Below are positions 25,166 to 56,306 of a stretch of DNA of 64,000 bases, in pieces. Under the pieces are notes generated by a model. It was not told the DNA's origin. It ran no database searches and worked only from the letters and a program-made list of their open reading frames with translations. How positions within the stretch are numbered: the stretch's first letter is position 1; every line of letters begins with the position of its first letter. The stretch is from the human T2T-CHM13v2.0 reference genome, Homo sapiens. Location of the stretch: the NCBI RefSeq assembly GCF_009914755.1, contig NC_060945.1, one strand, 5' to 3'. The position numbers were made by a program, and so were the translations under genes.

Positions 25166-27253
25166 TAGATTATCTCTTCTTTAGTGACTGTATATATCTA
25201 CATTACACAGATGACAACATTTTGTTTTCCTGTAACCTAGGCCATTACATTTTTTTTTCATGTGACAAAGTGTTTGCAATTATTTGTGAAATTTTAATTT
25301 TTTCATCACTTATTAATTTATATTTGAGAGGACTGGAAAGTATGTGAGTTGAAAATAGTTTAAACTTATACAATCTCATTATTAATTTGGCTGTTAATTT
25401 GAATCTATTCCATAACTTATATTTAAAATAAAATTTTGATTTGAAAGGCTCTTATCTCAATCAGTGGTTCTTAAAATTATTGTTTGCTGTTTAGAGTTAT
25501 ATTTTTTTTCCAGGAAGTACTTTTTTAGCTTTCAGGAACTTGATATAATGTTTTATTCTTGATGACCCACTGGAAAATAGAACCTTCTAGAAGAAATAAA
25601 GTCACTTTATTGAAGCTTTATGAATGGCTCTCCTATCTGCATCTGTAGGGCTCTACAATCTGATTTTTCCAAACAAATAGACAAACTATGGATAATAACT
25701 TTTCAGATGTTACTTTGCAGTTAGTTGGTGGTCTGGAAGAAGAAAAAAGAGCTTCAAAGAGGGGACTGTTAATTCCATTTATCTCTTGAACAGGAATTGC
25801 TTTCCTGTCTTTCATTGCTGTCCCTTATTTTTCACCTTTATGTTGTAGCTAGGTTTTGGTTTTATTAGCTCCCTGATGAATTCTCTCTTCCTGCCAATAT
25901 TAAAGTAAGGATGATTTAGAAGAACTGAGGTTAAAATCTGCCTATTGAAGCTCTCCAGGCTAGATACCCTGACATTTCTCTTTGTGGAAAGTAAGCAGGA
26001 GTAAAGGGACAAATCGTCCGAAATGCCATTGAGTGTTGCCAAGTGATGTGCTGACAGCTGTACCTGACAGTGATTGCTGGACCCTGGTCATTCCTGAGTG
26101 TCTCCTTTTCACCTCCCATCCCCTGCTGCCACTCCCCCCTAACAACAACAGAAATTCTGGGAGGAATGCCTGTTCCCTATTTAGAGGACAACTTGAGTGA
26201 TCATGATAGTTTGTCAGATATAATGTGGACAATGACCTTTTTCAGTTTTAGTAATAAGATTCTTCTTTTTATCAGGTTCTTTATCCTTTATGCAGTTTTA
26301 AAATATTACTTATGAACAAGCTGCATATCCCTTTTAGGTCATCTTGTTCTTCTACTTCAAATAGCACATGTAGAAGCCACATTTGAGGCTCAGGGCTTCA
26401 GACATGACAATAGGGCATTGATCAGGTTGGCTATATGTTTGGGATTTGTCAGTTCCTTTGTCCATTTTTTGTCTCGCTTTCAGTACCTTTTCTCTGTGTT
26501 TTAAAAGAGCTTTGTGTACCTCTTGCCTTTATGTGTAATCTTACAGGGCAGCTTTCTTCTTTTTCATTCATTTCCTGCTCTAAGAGTCATCTCAAGATAG
26601 GAATCTGGTATAAGACTCACTTATAGAACAGGGACATAGGCTCTTCCAGTTGTTTTCATTCATTGCAGATTATTTTAAATAAGAGAAAGGTTTCCTTGTA
26701 TTTTTCTTTAATGTTTTCCAATTTTGAATTGTTATAGATGCAAAGCCTTTAAAAGGATAATATGTGGAGGCAGTATTTGTTTGGGGTATCTTTTAATTGT
26801 TTTTCTAGATCAAGGACAGATATAGATAGATTAATACCTGAAACGAAACCCTAACAACTCTCAAATATCAGATAATTTTTTTTTATGTTTCTGAGGATGT
26901 TTTTATATCCTTTGAGATATTTAAAATATACGCATTTTTATGTTTCTCCCACATTTGGACATTTCTTTCCCCTCAATGTTTCATTGATGCCACATTTCTA
27001 CCAATTTTAATCTTGTATTCTATATCTTACTATCCTATAGTTTCTTCAAGCTGAAATTAGACCTTTTGAGCAACTTTAAAACAAATTTTTAAAAATATTT
27101 ATTTATAAAAGATCAATTACACTTATTACCTTAGTACCATAATAAAAATCTGTTTCAAATAAATGAGTCTGAAGATGGGAAGGGACACCATTCAGTGGGT
27201 TTAGAAATAGACCTGTTAAAATACAAGTCCAGCTGGCTGGGCACGGTGCCTCA

Positions 27254-27508
<255 letters not shown>

Positions 27509-27953
27509 TTATAGAATAAATAAATAAGCAAGCCCAAAGGCAATTTCATTTTATTTTATTTAGAGACAGTGTCTGACTGCCGCCCAGGCTGCAGTGCCAG
27601 TGGTGCCATCATAGCTCACTACAACCTCGAACTCCTGGGACAAAAGCATTTTTTCCTGCCTCAGCCTCCCCAAGTAGCTGGGATTGTAGGCATGTACCAC
27701 ACACCCAATTTTTAAGTTTGTTTTTTGTAGAGACAGCATCTTGCTATGTTGCCCAGGCTGGTCTTGAATTCCTGGCCTCAAGAGATCCTCCTGCCTCAGC
27801 TTCCCAAAGTGCTAGGAGTATCGGTGTGAGCCACCTGCCCTGCTTGAATTGTTTTTTTTTTGTTGTTGTTTTGTTTTTTTTTGGAGACGGAGTCTTGTTC
27901 TCTGTTGCCCAGGCTGGAGTGCAGTGGCACGATCTCAGCTCACTGCAACCTAA

Positions 27954-28169
<216 letters not shown>

Positions 28170-28336
28170 TGAATTGTTTAAATATGAAGATGAAGAGGTC
28201 TCTGCTGTCCTTACTCCTCTGGCCTCTAATACCTTCTAGCCATCTTGCCTTACTTTGGAAGGGAGGGAGACAGATGTAGTTGTTCACAGTTGAGAGCTGC
28301 TGAAACACTGTGACTTTATGGACAGTAGTAGGGAGA

Positions 28337-28731
28337 AAGCAAGCCTAATCCGTTTATAAATGTTCCATTATATACAAAATACCCTTTCTACCAACAGTAG
28401 GTTCTTAATTACTGACACCAGGCATGCTTTGGTTGTGACTCCAGCAGCGCGGGTTGGTGGCATCTTACACTGAACAGCCTGGGCCTCCACTCTCCCCTTC
28501 TGTAAATTTTGCCTGTCACTAATTGTTTGGGCCCAGTTTCTTCATTTATATAAGAGGATTATAAGATTTTTGTGAGGGGATGGTCAATAATTAAGTGAAA
28601 AACAGATGATGTATGTTCATAATCACCTTTTAGTCTCTAGGTCATTAAGCCTAGATTAGCCTATTTTGGTGTATTAGAAATTTGCTGATTATCTGGACTA
28701 TGTATTAGTAGTACATGTAGAAGATTTCTTT

Positions 28732-28777
<46 letters not shown>

Positions 28778-28967
28778 TATAGATGTGGTCTCACTCTGTT
28801 TCCCAGGCTGAAGTGCGGTGGTGCAATCTCAGCTCATGCAATGCCACCAATCCATGTTGCTGGAGTCACAACCAAAGCATGCCTGGTCTCAGTAGTTAAG
28901 AACCTACTGTTGGTAGAAAGGGTATTTTGTATATAATGGAACATTTATAAATGGATTAGGCTTGCTT
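28337..28967. repeat. 127-bp inverted repeat of non-Alu sequence (arms 28337-28463 and 28841-28967)
   Basis: The reverse complement of 28841-28967 matches 28337-28463 ungapped, with 7 mismatches by manual alignment. Confidence 0.95.
28736..28772. repeat. (TG)n microsatellite
   Basis: Read directly from the sequence. Confidence 0.95.
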
Positions 28968-29413
28968 AGGCCTGGGTTCAAGCAATCCTTCCGCCCTAGA
29001 CTCCTAAGTAATTGGAACTATAGGCACATGCCACCACGCCCAGCTAGTTTTTTTGTATTTTTTGTAGAGACGGGGTTTTGCCACGTCACCCAGAACAGCC
29101 TTGAACTCCTGTGACTGTTGTGGGAAATTGATCTAGACTCAAGTGATCTCCCTGCTTCGGCCTCCAAAAGTGCTGGGATTACAGGTGTGAGCCACTGTGC
29201 CTGGCCTGTAAATATGTTTGAATTACCTCATTTCATTTTGCATGCTTGTTATTTTTAACATGCCTTTTCTCCCTTTAATTTTTAAAAAATTTGGCTGGGC
29301 ATGGTGACGCACGCCTGTAATCCCAGCACTTTGAGAGGCATAGGTGGGTGGATCACTTGAAGCCAGGAGTTTGAGACCAACCTGGCCAACATGGTGAAAC
29401 CCTGTGTCTGTTA

Positions 29414-29812
<399 letters not shown>

Positions 29813-29889
29813 TCACTCCAGCCTGGGCGAAAGAGCGAAACTCTCTCTCAAAAAACAAACAAACAAACAAAAAAATGTAAACATTTTAA

Positions 29890-30206
<317 letters not shown>

Positions 30207-30694
30207 TGAAAATTTTCAAACATTCAGGAAAGTTGAAAGAACAGCACAATGACATACTTGTTTTAAAAGACCAATTACAGTTTAATTATTTGATATAAAG
30301 TTAAGTTTTAAATTATGCCAGTAATTAATACTTTAGACATTTTATTCCACATGGTTAAATTTTACCTTTTTAACTATTCAACTTAGTATTTATGTGCTAG
30401 AACCTAAAATCCCTAATTGTTTATGTTTTGTTTTGATTTTTATTTTTTGGAATTGTTGCATATTTTCTGAATAATCTTCCCATGTTTATGATAGCAAAAC
30501 ATTGGAACTGAAATAACAAATCTGTTTCAATATACTTTTTTATCATGCAAAATGACATTTTAATAAATATTGTTTTAGCCAGGCACGGTGGCTCACGCCT
30601 GTAATCCTAGCACTTTGGGAGGCTGAGGCGGGCAGATCACCTGAGGTCAGGAGTTCAGGACCAGCCTGGCCAACATGGTGAAACCCTGTCTCTA

Positions 30695-31003
<309 letters not shown>

Positions 31004-32587
31004 TCATTCTAGTTTATAAATACATGTTTATTAGAGGCCTTCTACTTATCTATATCAACATTAGGGATTTTAATGTAAGTGCCAAAATTAAGGATCATCA
31101 GTATTTTTTCTTTTGACTTTCTGTAATTGGCTCTTTTTTCCTGAAGCTGAAATGAAGAAAGATTAAAGACTTCTTAAACATATTCTAGCTTTGGTTTAAA
31201 AATCTGAACATTATCCAAACTTGAAGAAACTATTTACCTGTTTCTTCATTGCTTAATACTTAGTCTCTATGTTTTTCTATTTTTTGTACCTAAATAAGGA
31301 GTGTTTGTCTCAATAAAATATCTAGGTCCAGCAATATGTTTAGAAAGGTTTTAATAACTTGCTGAAAGCATGCATTTTGTGTAAAGTGTGGCAAAGAAGG
31401 AAACAATTGTACTTTCACTGGGAAAAGACTAAAAGGAAATATAAATACCAAGCTGTTGATAGAGGTTGCCTTCGGAGAGTGGAATTGTGGATTTTTTTTT
31501 CACCTATCTTTTCAGTTTTCTAAATTTCCCACAATTGTCACCTATAACCTTTAAAGGGGGAAAGTGTAAGCAATCATGATGTAGGCCCTGTTGTAAAACA
31601 GAAGTAAATGGGACTGTGCCTATTTGCCTACTTGGTGCTGCCCTTTTCCGTGTGTTGTCTCCTCGCCGAAGAGCTCCGGGCCCTTAGCCCTGAGGTGCTG
31701 CCTCTGCTTGGGGCTGAGCTTCCTGCACTCCTGGGTAACTCTCCTGCTTTCTAGGCCACAGGGCCAGGGACCTCAGAGAGAAGAATGCCTTTCCTTTTCT
31801 CTAGGTATGTTTCTGTTTGTTTTCAGCGTAGGTGACCTACCTTATGCTGCTGAAGTCCCCTCATAGAGATAGAACTGATTTCGTTCACTTTTTTCTTTTC
31901 TTAACTGCTCTAGGCTTTCTGTTAGATTTTCAAAAAATGTGTGACTTCCTGCTTACATATGGTAAATGTTTACACGTCAGGAAGCTTTTCCTTTTTGTGT
32001 GTAAGAAGTAGAAGCTCACTGGACTTATATGTCAGCATTCTATTAATCTTAATTCCCCCATTTTGTTTCTGTGATCTGCTATGACATTACAAAAAAAATT
32101 GGTTTATCTTTCTTCTTTCGTTTTCCAGTGCCTTTATTGCATGGAACAGTATCCCCTGCACCCACGCTTCACCCTGGTTAGTTTACCAGGCTAACTACTT
32201 TGTGCCTCTTTGGTGAAGTTCGTATTCCTAAAAGTATGAGGTTATCATCATGGGCTCTGAATCCAGACTCTCTCTTCCATTGTTTAATAACTGTATAAAC
32301 TGTGTTTTAGTCTCTGGAAGAGGGAATACTAATAATATTTAGTCCATAGCTTTGTTAATAGGATTAAATTGGCTAATATAGGTCAGGTGTACTTGCAAGC
32401 ACTTAAACTTTCCATTCGTTATTATAAGCTATTACTATTAAGGATCATGCCAGTAAATCCTCACCAAAATTGACTTCATTATTTTGGCATAATGTTATTG
32501 TAGACTATTATCTTTGATTCCGGGAGTAAGGCTAAGTTGTCATTTGAATGAGATAAGGACCTCGAAATCAGTTGTAAAGACAATCTT

Positions 32588-34803
<2,216 letters not shown>

Positions 34804-35189
34804 CAATTCAGTTTTTAACTTGAGCTTAAACGAGATATTTTTTAAAAGTTAAAATCTGTGTTGAGGCATATCAAGAATTGCTATGTCTCTTGGGGGAGAG
34901 ATGTGAATTCCATCAACATAGATATGCTAGTTTATAGTGAACTGTTAGGAATGCTGTACCCTTGACTCATACTTAGTCTTTTCTTTGTGGCTTGTGGCTC
35001 TCTTTTCAACTTCATTAACATGTAATTGAAGTGTACTAAATGCATATACTTATTTTTTATGTTTTTTCAATTTTTTATTTTTTGTGTGTGTTGGGGGGTC
35101 TCACTATGTTGCCCAGGCTAGTCTTGAACTCCTGGCCTAAAGTGATGCTCCCACCTTGGCATCCCAAAGCACTTTACAGATGTGAGGCA

Positions 35190-40650
<5,461 letters not shown>

Positions 40651-40654
40651 GTGA

Positions 40655-41915
<1,261 letters not shown>

Positions 41916-42559
41916 AGCCTCATCTTTAAGCCATAATTTGGCTATTGTGTTAGTGAATAAACCTGAAAGGTACATCTTCATTCATACATAAACATAATTT
42001 AGTTTTCATTAGGTAGATTCCTTGTTCACATCCAGCTGAGAACATGACACTAAAGAAATCGGGCTTTAATTGGGGAGGGAAAGAGAGAGAACGTGGAGTC
42101 CCTTTGGTTGTCACTTAAGAGATACAGATGAAGGAGAAGTAGAGTTGGAGGTCAGAAGGGCCAGAAGGTAAATGTAGTCTAATATTAGTCATAGTGAGGT
42201 GAAGGCTTTTGGAGGGTAGAGATTCACCTAGGGTGAGAATTATTTCCTAAGTTCTAGAGTAGCATGGTAAATAACAAATAGTCTTAGGTGCTTTGTCAGG
42301 AACTGATAATGACTACAAGTATATTTGAAATCATAAGAGTTATATTTATGTTTGCTGTGATCCTCTCATAGTAGCTGTGAAATATTTAAAGTAAGGCATA
42401 AAATTATTATATCTATATCTATAAGTAAAAATGGTCTATTTTAATGCCTTCAGTATCATAGTTGAGTATTAAGCTAATGCTAACTTCATAAAATCATTTT
42501 TTCCTAAGATAATTTTTGAGATTTATAGGAAGGTAGAAATGCATGCATTTCCTCTGGAT

Positions 42560-43240
42560 TTGCCATTTGTTGCATAGTATTATGTATAACATTTTCTTAA
42601 ACAAAAAGCTTAAAGAAAATATTAGCAAATCAAACCTAGCTGTGTAGTGAAAGAATAACATGCATATATGAATTGGTCTATTGTACAAATTCTAGGATAA
42701 TTCAGTATTTGCAAATATGTCACTATAATTCAGAATGTAAGTAAAGGAGAAATTCATTATCTCACTAGATGCTTAAAGAAAGCTTCTGAAAAAAATTTAG
42801 CCATTTCTTAATAAAATTATAAAAAATAGGAATAGAAGGAAACTACATAAATATGGTAAATAATCTTTACTAAAATACAACAACAAACCAACCTATTAAA
42901 ATATGAAATACCAAAACTGTCACTGTGAAAGTCACAGGCAATACAAAAATTATTGCTATCACAACTATTTTGTATAGCTTAGTATTATTGCTTTGGGCTA
43001 GTAATGTAAGGCTAAATTCTTTATTTCCAGAAAATATAGGTCTAGGAAATCTAAGAGATTCATATGTGAGACTATTAGCACTAATAAGAAAGTATGGTAA
43101 AGTAGCTGGATACAAAGAAGAGAAATCAATAACCTCTTTATTTTGCAACACAGTAAAAAAATGGAAGTAAAACTGAATGAACAGAATGTATTCTCATATA
43201 TATTAAATATCTGTTTTACTATGCATTTAAAATCCAGAGC
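42560..43240 (+). mobile_element. Degenerate L1 ORF2 fragment
   Basis: A-rich L1-like motifs such as ttagcaaatcaaa, ataggaatagaaggaaac and gtagctggatacaaa. Confidence 0.6.
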
Positions 43241-43544
43241 TTACCATTTTTGGGAAACTCTACAAAAAGATATATGACATGTTGATTCCAAAAGGATTTT
43301 ATGAGGACTAAGTGAGATAAAACACACTAAAATGTTCAAGAGAATTATCAAGGTTGCCTATACAATATATTGAATGAGAAATTGTCGAGGAAAAGAAAGG
43401 CAGCTGCAATTTCTAAAGGGAATCTACAGTGAGAAGTAGTCTGATTCACAAACCTCTGGTTAAATATGGTGTCTTGACTACACTTGTTTTCTCCTTCCCT
43501 AAAGTCTGCAATAATCTCAAAGGAAGCTTAAAAATGTTAATTCA

Positions 43545-45645
<2,101 letters not shown>

Positions 45646-46087
45646 TAAATCTGGATTTTTGTTTTTAGTTAGAGAAGAGGACTGGCTTTTTTTCACATCG
45701 GCTGTTGATGAATAAATAATGCCTGATGGAGATTTTTGGAGCATTAGATTTGTGTTTGGTAGTCTGGGACAGATGTTAGTGTAATATGCATTGTTTACAG
45801 GATATGGAGTTAGCAGGACAGCTAACTCCACAGCGTTTGGTCACCAAACGAATGATATCGTGCTAATCACGTACCCTTTCTGATTTTCATTTACCTGATC
45901 CATAATATGGGGATGGTAATAATGGTAACCTATCTCACAGGGCTGTGATGATGAGTAGAAGAGATAAGACCTATAATAAATTACCTAGTATAATGTGTAG
46001 CATGTACTAAATGCTCAATGAAAAGAAGCTTTGATTATAACCATCAAGTAGATGGACTGGTAATTATAGATGGTTAAGAAAAAGGTA

Positions 46088-46411
46088 CAGTCAGCCCTCC
46101 GTATCCATGGGTTTCACAGAGTCCATAGGTTCAGCCTACCATAGATTGAAAACATTTGGGGGAAGAAATTATGTCTATACTAAACATGTACAGACTTTTA
46201 AGCTTACAGAATAACAGTTGTTTACATAGCATTTACCTTGTATTAAATATTGTAAGTAATCTAGAGATTATTTGAAGTATGCAAGAGGACGTGCTTAGGT
46301 TATATGCAAATACTGTGCCATTTTATATCAGGGACTTGAGGATCCACGGATTTTTTTTTAATCCATGGGAGGTCTTGGAACCAGTGTTCCTGGGATAATG
46401 AGGGACAACTG
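46088..46411 (-). mobile_element. MER2-type (TcMar-Tigger) non-autonomous DNA transposon
   Basis: TIRs cagtcagccctccgtatcc / ggataatgagggacaactg, with TA target duplications on both sides. Confidence 0.85.
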
Positions 46412-46574
46412 TATACTTAAAAAGTAACACGTGAATGAATGAATTCCTTAATTGTAGAGCTATGCTCTGGCTCTAGTATTAGTCCTCTGACCATTAAAGA
46501 TAGCATGTTGGTGTGTTTATGATTATACAGGAATTAAGTTTTCATAAACTTAAATGTTGCATTTTCACTTACAG

Positions 46575-46606
46575 GCGTCGATTAGCAAGGTAAAAGTAAC
46601 AGAACC
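46575..46606 (+). other. ITSN1: 5'UTR part of the first coding exon (conventionally exon 2) of ITSN1
   Basis: Acceptor ttttcacttacAG at 46573-46574. 32 nt precede the ATG and include an in-frame TAG (46583-46585). Strong Kozak context aaccATGG. Confidence 0.93.
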
Positions 46607-46634
46607 ATGGCTCAGTTTCCAACACCTTTTGGTG
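46607..46634 (+). CDS. ITSN1: Intersectin-1 coding exon: MAQFPTPFG(G)
   Basis: ATG GCT CAG TTT CCA ACA CCT TTT GGT G|gtaagt, the recognised intersectin-1 N-terminus. Phase-1 donor. Confidence 0.97.
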
Positions 46635-46854
46635 GTAAGTTTTCAGAAATTTCTCTTTTTAATGTACTTTGGGACCAGATTTTAAAAACTTGATATTATG
46701 GCAAATTTAAAATTAAAAAGTAGAGAAAATAATATAATCAGCATTCATGTATTCCATCATATAGTTTCATTAATTATCAACTCATGCCCAATATTGTTTC
46801 ATCTGGATTCTTTTGGAGCAACTCCCAGGCATCATTTCATCTATAAATATTTTA

Positions 46855-47240
<386 letters not shown>

Positions 47241-47655
47241 ATACCATATTATTGTACCTGTAAAATGTTCGCTACATCTAGTCTGTACCTTATAGTCTTT
47301 GGACATTTCCCTGATAGTCTTTAGACATTTCTTGTTATGGTTTGTTTGTTTAAATTGGGATCCAAATAAGATACAAACATTGCAATTAGGTCATGTGTTT
47401 CCCAAGTCTCTTAGTGAATTTTCCCCCACTCCTCTGTTTTTTTATCAGCAAGTTATTTGTTGAAGTGATGGGGTCATTTACACTTTTTCAAAGCCTGGAT
47501 TTGAAGCATGACATTTTTGTTTGTTTTACTTCAGTTAAACTAAACATAAGTTTGAAACATATCAGTCTGCATAAAATGTGTTTTTTGGGTAATTTTTCCT
47601 AATGTTATTAGGAAATTGTTAAGTGTTCTTGCTTACACCCAAGTTACTTTTTAAC

Positions 47656-47710
47656 AAAAATACTTATTAAAAAGTACTTATTAAAAAATACTTATTAAAA
47701 GTTCATATTA
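47656..47710. repeat. 14-bp tandem repeat (aaaaRtacttatta x3 plus a degenerate copy)
   Basis: Read directly from the sequence. Confidence 0.85.
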
Positions 47711-48955
47711 ACGGATTACTCTTGGAAGCTGTCTAATCTTGTCATGAAGAGAGTAAAAGTCTCCGTGGGATTCTGGTACAGAGATCTGTAAACTTTTAAA
47801 AATCACTAGTTATTCTATTTTATTTTTGTCCCCCTTCTTAATTACTGTACAATTTCTGGTTTTTGTTTATAGTTACAGGGATGAATTCTGACAGGGCAGT
47901 GAAAATTTCTTCTAGAAGTTGCAGAACTGTAAGGCCTGTGAGGAAGGGGTCATTTCTGTCTTGGACACCCGTTCATCCCCACAGTAAATATTTTTCCAGT
48001 GACTGAATGGATTTTTACTTTATCTGTCAGTGTCATCCCAGACCCGGTAGAGAGGAGAGATGCAATGTTTAGATGTTTTTGCTGGTGTGCTGGGCACATT
48101 CACATTTTGTGTGAAACATACGTATTGTGTATTCCCAGTTTTGTGGAAGGTGTCCGAGCTTTTGAAAGCTTTCATGTATGTAATCTAGAATTATTTTAGT
48201 CAATTTGAGGAGACCTAGGACTAAAGTCTGCAAGATCTCAGTCGTGAGTGGACATCTAGTCAGCCTAAGAGCTGAAACTGAAGGAAAACCTAAAACCCAT
48301 TCTCTTTGGCTATTATTTCATATCAGGACATCCCCTGCCCTTCTTTTTTTTTAAGTCTGTTTCCTGCATACTGAGATACCTGTTTTTAAAAACAGCTTTA
48401 GTGAAATATAATTTATATTCCATAAAATTTACTAGCTTTAGTTGTATAATAATTTTTAGCAAATTATATAGAGTTGTGCAACCATCACCACAATCTAATA
48501 TATTAATATTTTAATCACCCCCCAAAAGATTTTCATGGATATTTATCACACTCACCTTCTTCTTTCATAACTTTTGCCTGTGGCATTTAAGGCACTTGAG
48601 AGTACAGTTTTAGGTTTAAGTTAATTTAGTCTGTTGCTTGGGTTTATGTAAGTAAATTATTAATTTACTATAATCTTGCTAACTATGGGATTATAAAACA
48701 AGTTTCTAAAAAAGGAATGTGTGCCTCTTCTTTTCTTTCCCTCCCATTCTCTCTCTTTCTGTTTCTTACATTTTGTGTCCTGTTTTACACTTTTCTAACT
48801 TTATATGCATAACTTCCAAGGACAAGAAGATGTGAATTTATCAAGTCTTTATAATACATTGACAGAATCTTGAAGTGCTGTGGAAATAGTGTGTGAGAGC
48901 ATTTTGTTTTCCTTTTCTCACTGAATAATTTGTTTGTCTTTTCTTTGGATTTTAG

Positions 48956-49048
48956 GCAGCCTGGATATCTGGGCCATAACTGTAGAGGAAAGAGCGAAGC
49001 ATGATCAGCAGTTCCATAGTTTAAAGCCAATATCTGGATTCATTACTG
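48956..49048 (+). CDS. ITSN1: Intersectin-1 coding exon (93 nt): (G)[30 protein letters not shown](G), start of EH domain 1
   Basis: Pyrimidine tract and tttAG acceptor, donor G|gtaatc. Joins the previous exon in frame. Confidence 0.97.
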
Positions 49049-49275
49049 GTAATCACAGTCAGCATTTTTTCATTTTTACTTATCAGTAGTGCAGATGTCT
49101 GTGGAAACTCTATCATGCAAAGACGAGATGGGCAAATATGACCAAGGAGAGACATTTACCTGTTTTGCCCTAACCTTGTGCCTGTCCTTTTACAATTTTT
49201 TTACACATAATGGAATCATACCTTGTTTGCAATTTTTAGTGCATGTCAAACCACTTGTTTTGTGCATGTAATTTA

Positions 49276-49925
<650 letters not shown>

Positions 49926-50365
49926 CGTTCTTAATCATTGTTATTTATTCTCTGTAAATACTTCAGAAGTACCCAGAATTTGGAGTATAGGTATTGGGAA
50001 TGGCAAATAACTTTTTTTATAAAGTGAAAGTATGGGTCATCAGTTTCCTAAGGATTTCTATAAATGTGCTTTTGCACAATGGGTAGCTGTTCATATCTTA
50101 GTTAATAGCAGATTAATTAAAGTGGAAAATCTATGCCAGGAAGTGGTAGGCCCTTTTTGAGATGATTTTTTGAATTCTAAAGTCAGTGCTGATGGATTCT
50201 TTTACTGTTGCCTATGGGCTTATCCTTGGACTTTTATAATGCACTCAACTGGTATTTATAGTATTACCAGCCTCTTTGTAAATTTTGTAATTTTGCTATT
50301 ACAGGATTTCTGTCAGCTGTTGTTTTTTTTTTTTTTTCCTGAAACTTTTTCTGTTTAATTTACAG

Positions 50366-50429
50366 GTGATCAAGCTAGAAACTTTTTTTTTCAATCTGGG
50401 TTACCTCAACCTGTTTTAGCACAGATATG
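50366..50429 (+). CDS. ITSN1: Intersectin-1 coding exon (64 nt): (G)DQARNFFFQSGLPQPVLAQI(W), EH domain 1
   Basis: tttacAG acceptor, TG|gtaagt donor. Carries the EH-domain motif SGLP..VLAQIW, in frame with its neighbours. Confidence 0.97.
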
Positions 50430-51109
50430 GTAAGTTGGAATTTTACATGAAATTTTACATAAGCATAAGGCAAAATAAAATATCGTTTTGTTCTATTTGG
50501 TAATATGATTTCTTATGTTATAAAAGGAGAACATGTATCTCTAGCCTGAAATATCTTGTTACTTCTTACCAGAGAGTTATGTCTGAAAAGTGTCTTTCTC
50601 ATATGGAACTAAAACAAAACAACAAAAAAAGTGGTGACATTTGAATGACAACACTGTCAAAAAGTTGAATTTCCATGGAGACATCTAAATTTTGGTGTTC
50701 CTTCACCAATTAGTTTTGGCTTCACCCATATCACCCACATTTATTTGAATGTCCCACATTTCTTGCTTTATAATGGAATGATTTTTTATCTTTCATTGAC
50801 TGAAGAATAAAAGGTAAAGAAAATATTTGAGAGTTAGTGCATGGTAAATCCATAACATTAATAGATAATAGTGAATTATTTGACTATCACAAATAGGCAT
50901 TCAATCTTTTAAGCCACAGGAAATACAGAGAGTATAATAAAAAGGGTGGCAAATACAGTTTTGGATTCTTGGCTCATGGCTTTGGAGAGCCATGCTGAAT
51001 TCTGTTGTCCTCTAAGATGTCTCATTTTTTTCACCAAGGGTGCTTAATACTTCACTTCCCTGAGTTAATTAGTGATACGAAGGCAGCTCGCTATGAAGAA
51101 AGAGCATGT

Positions 51110-56306
<5,197 letters not shown>

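Noticed and set aside
46587-46596. Internal donor-like AAG|GTAAAA in the ATG exon
   Set aside because: It would leave a 15-nt exon and is weaker than the downstream GTAAGT, with no supporting evidence.
47656-47710. Short direct repeats as a CRISPR-like array
   Set aside because: A head-to-tail 14-mer with no spacers in eukaryotic intronic DNA, so a simple slippage repeat.
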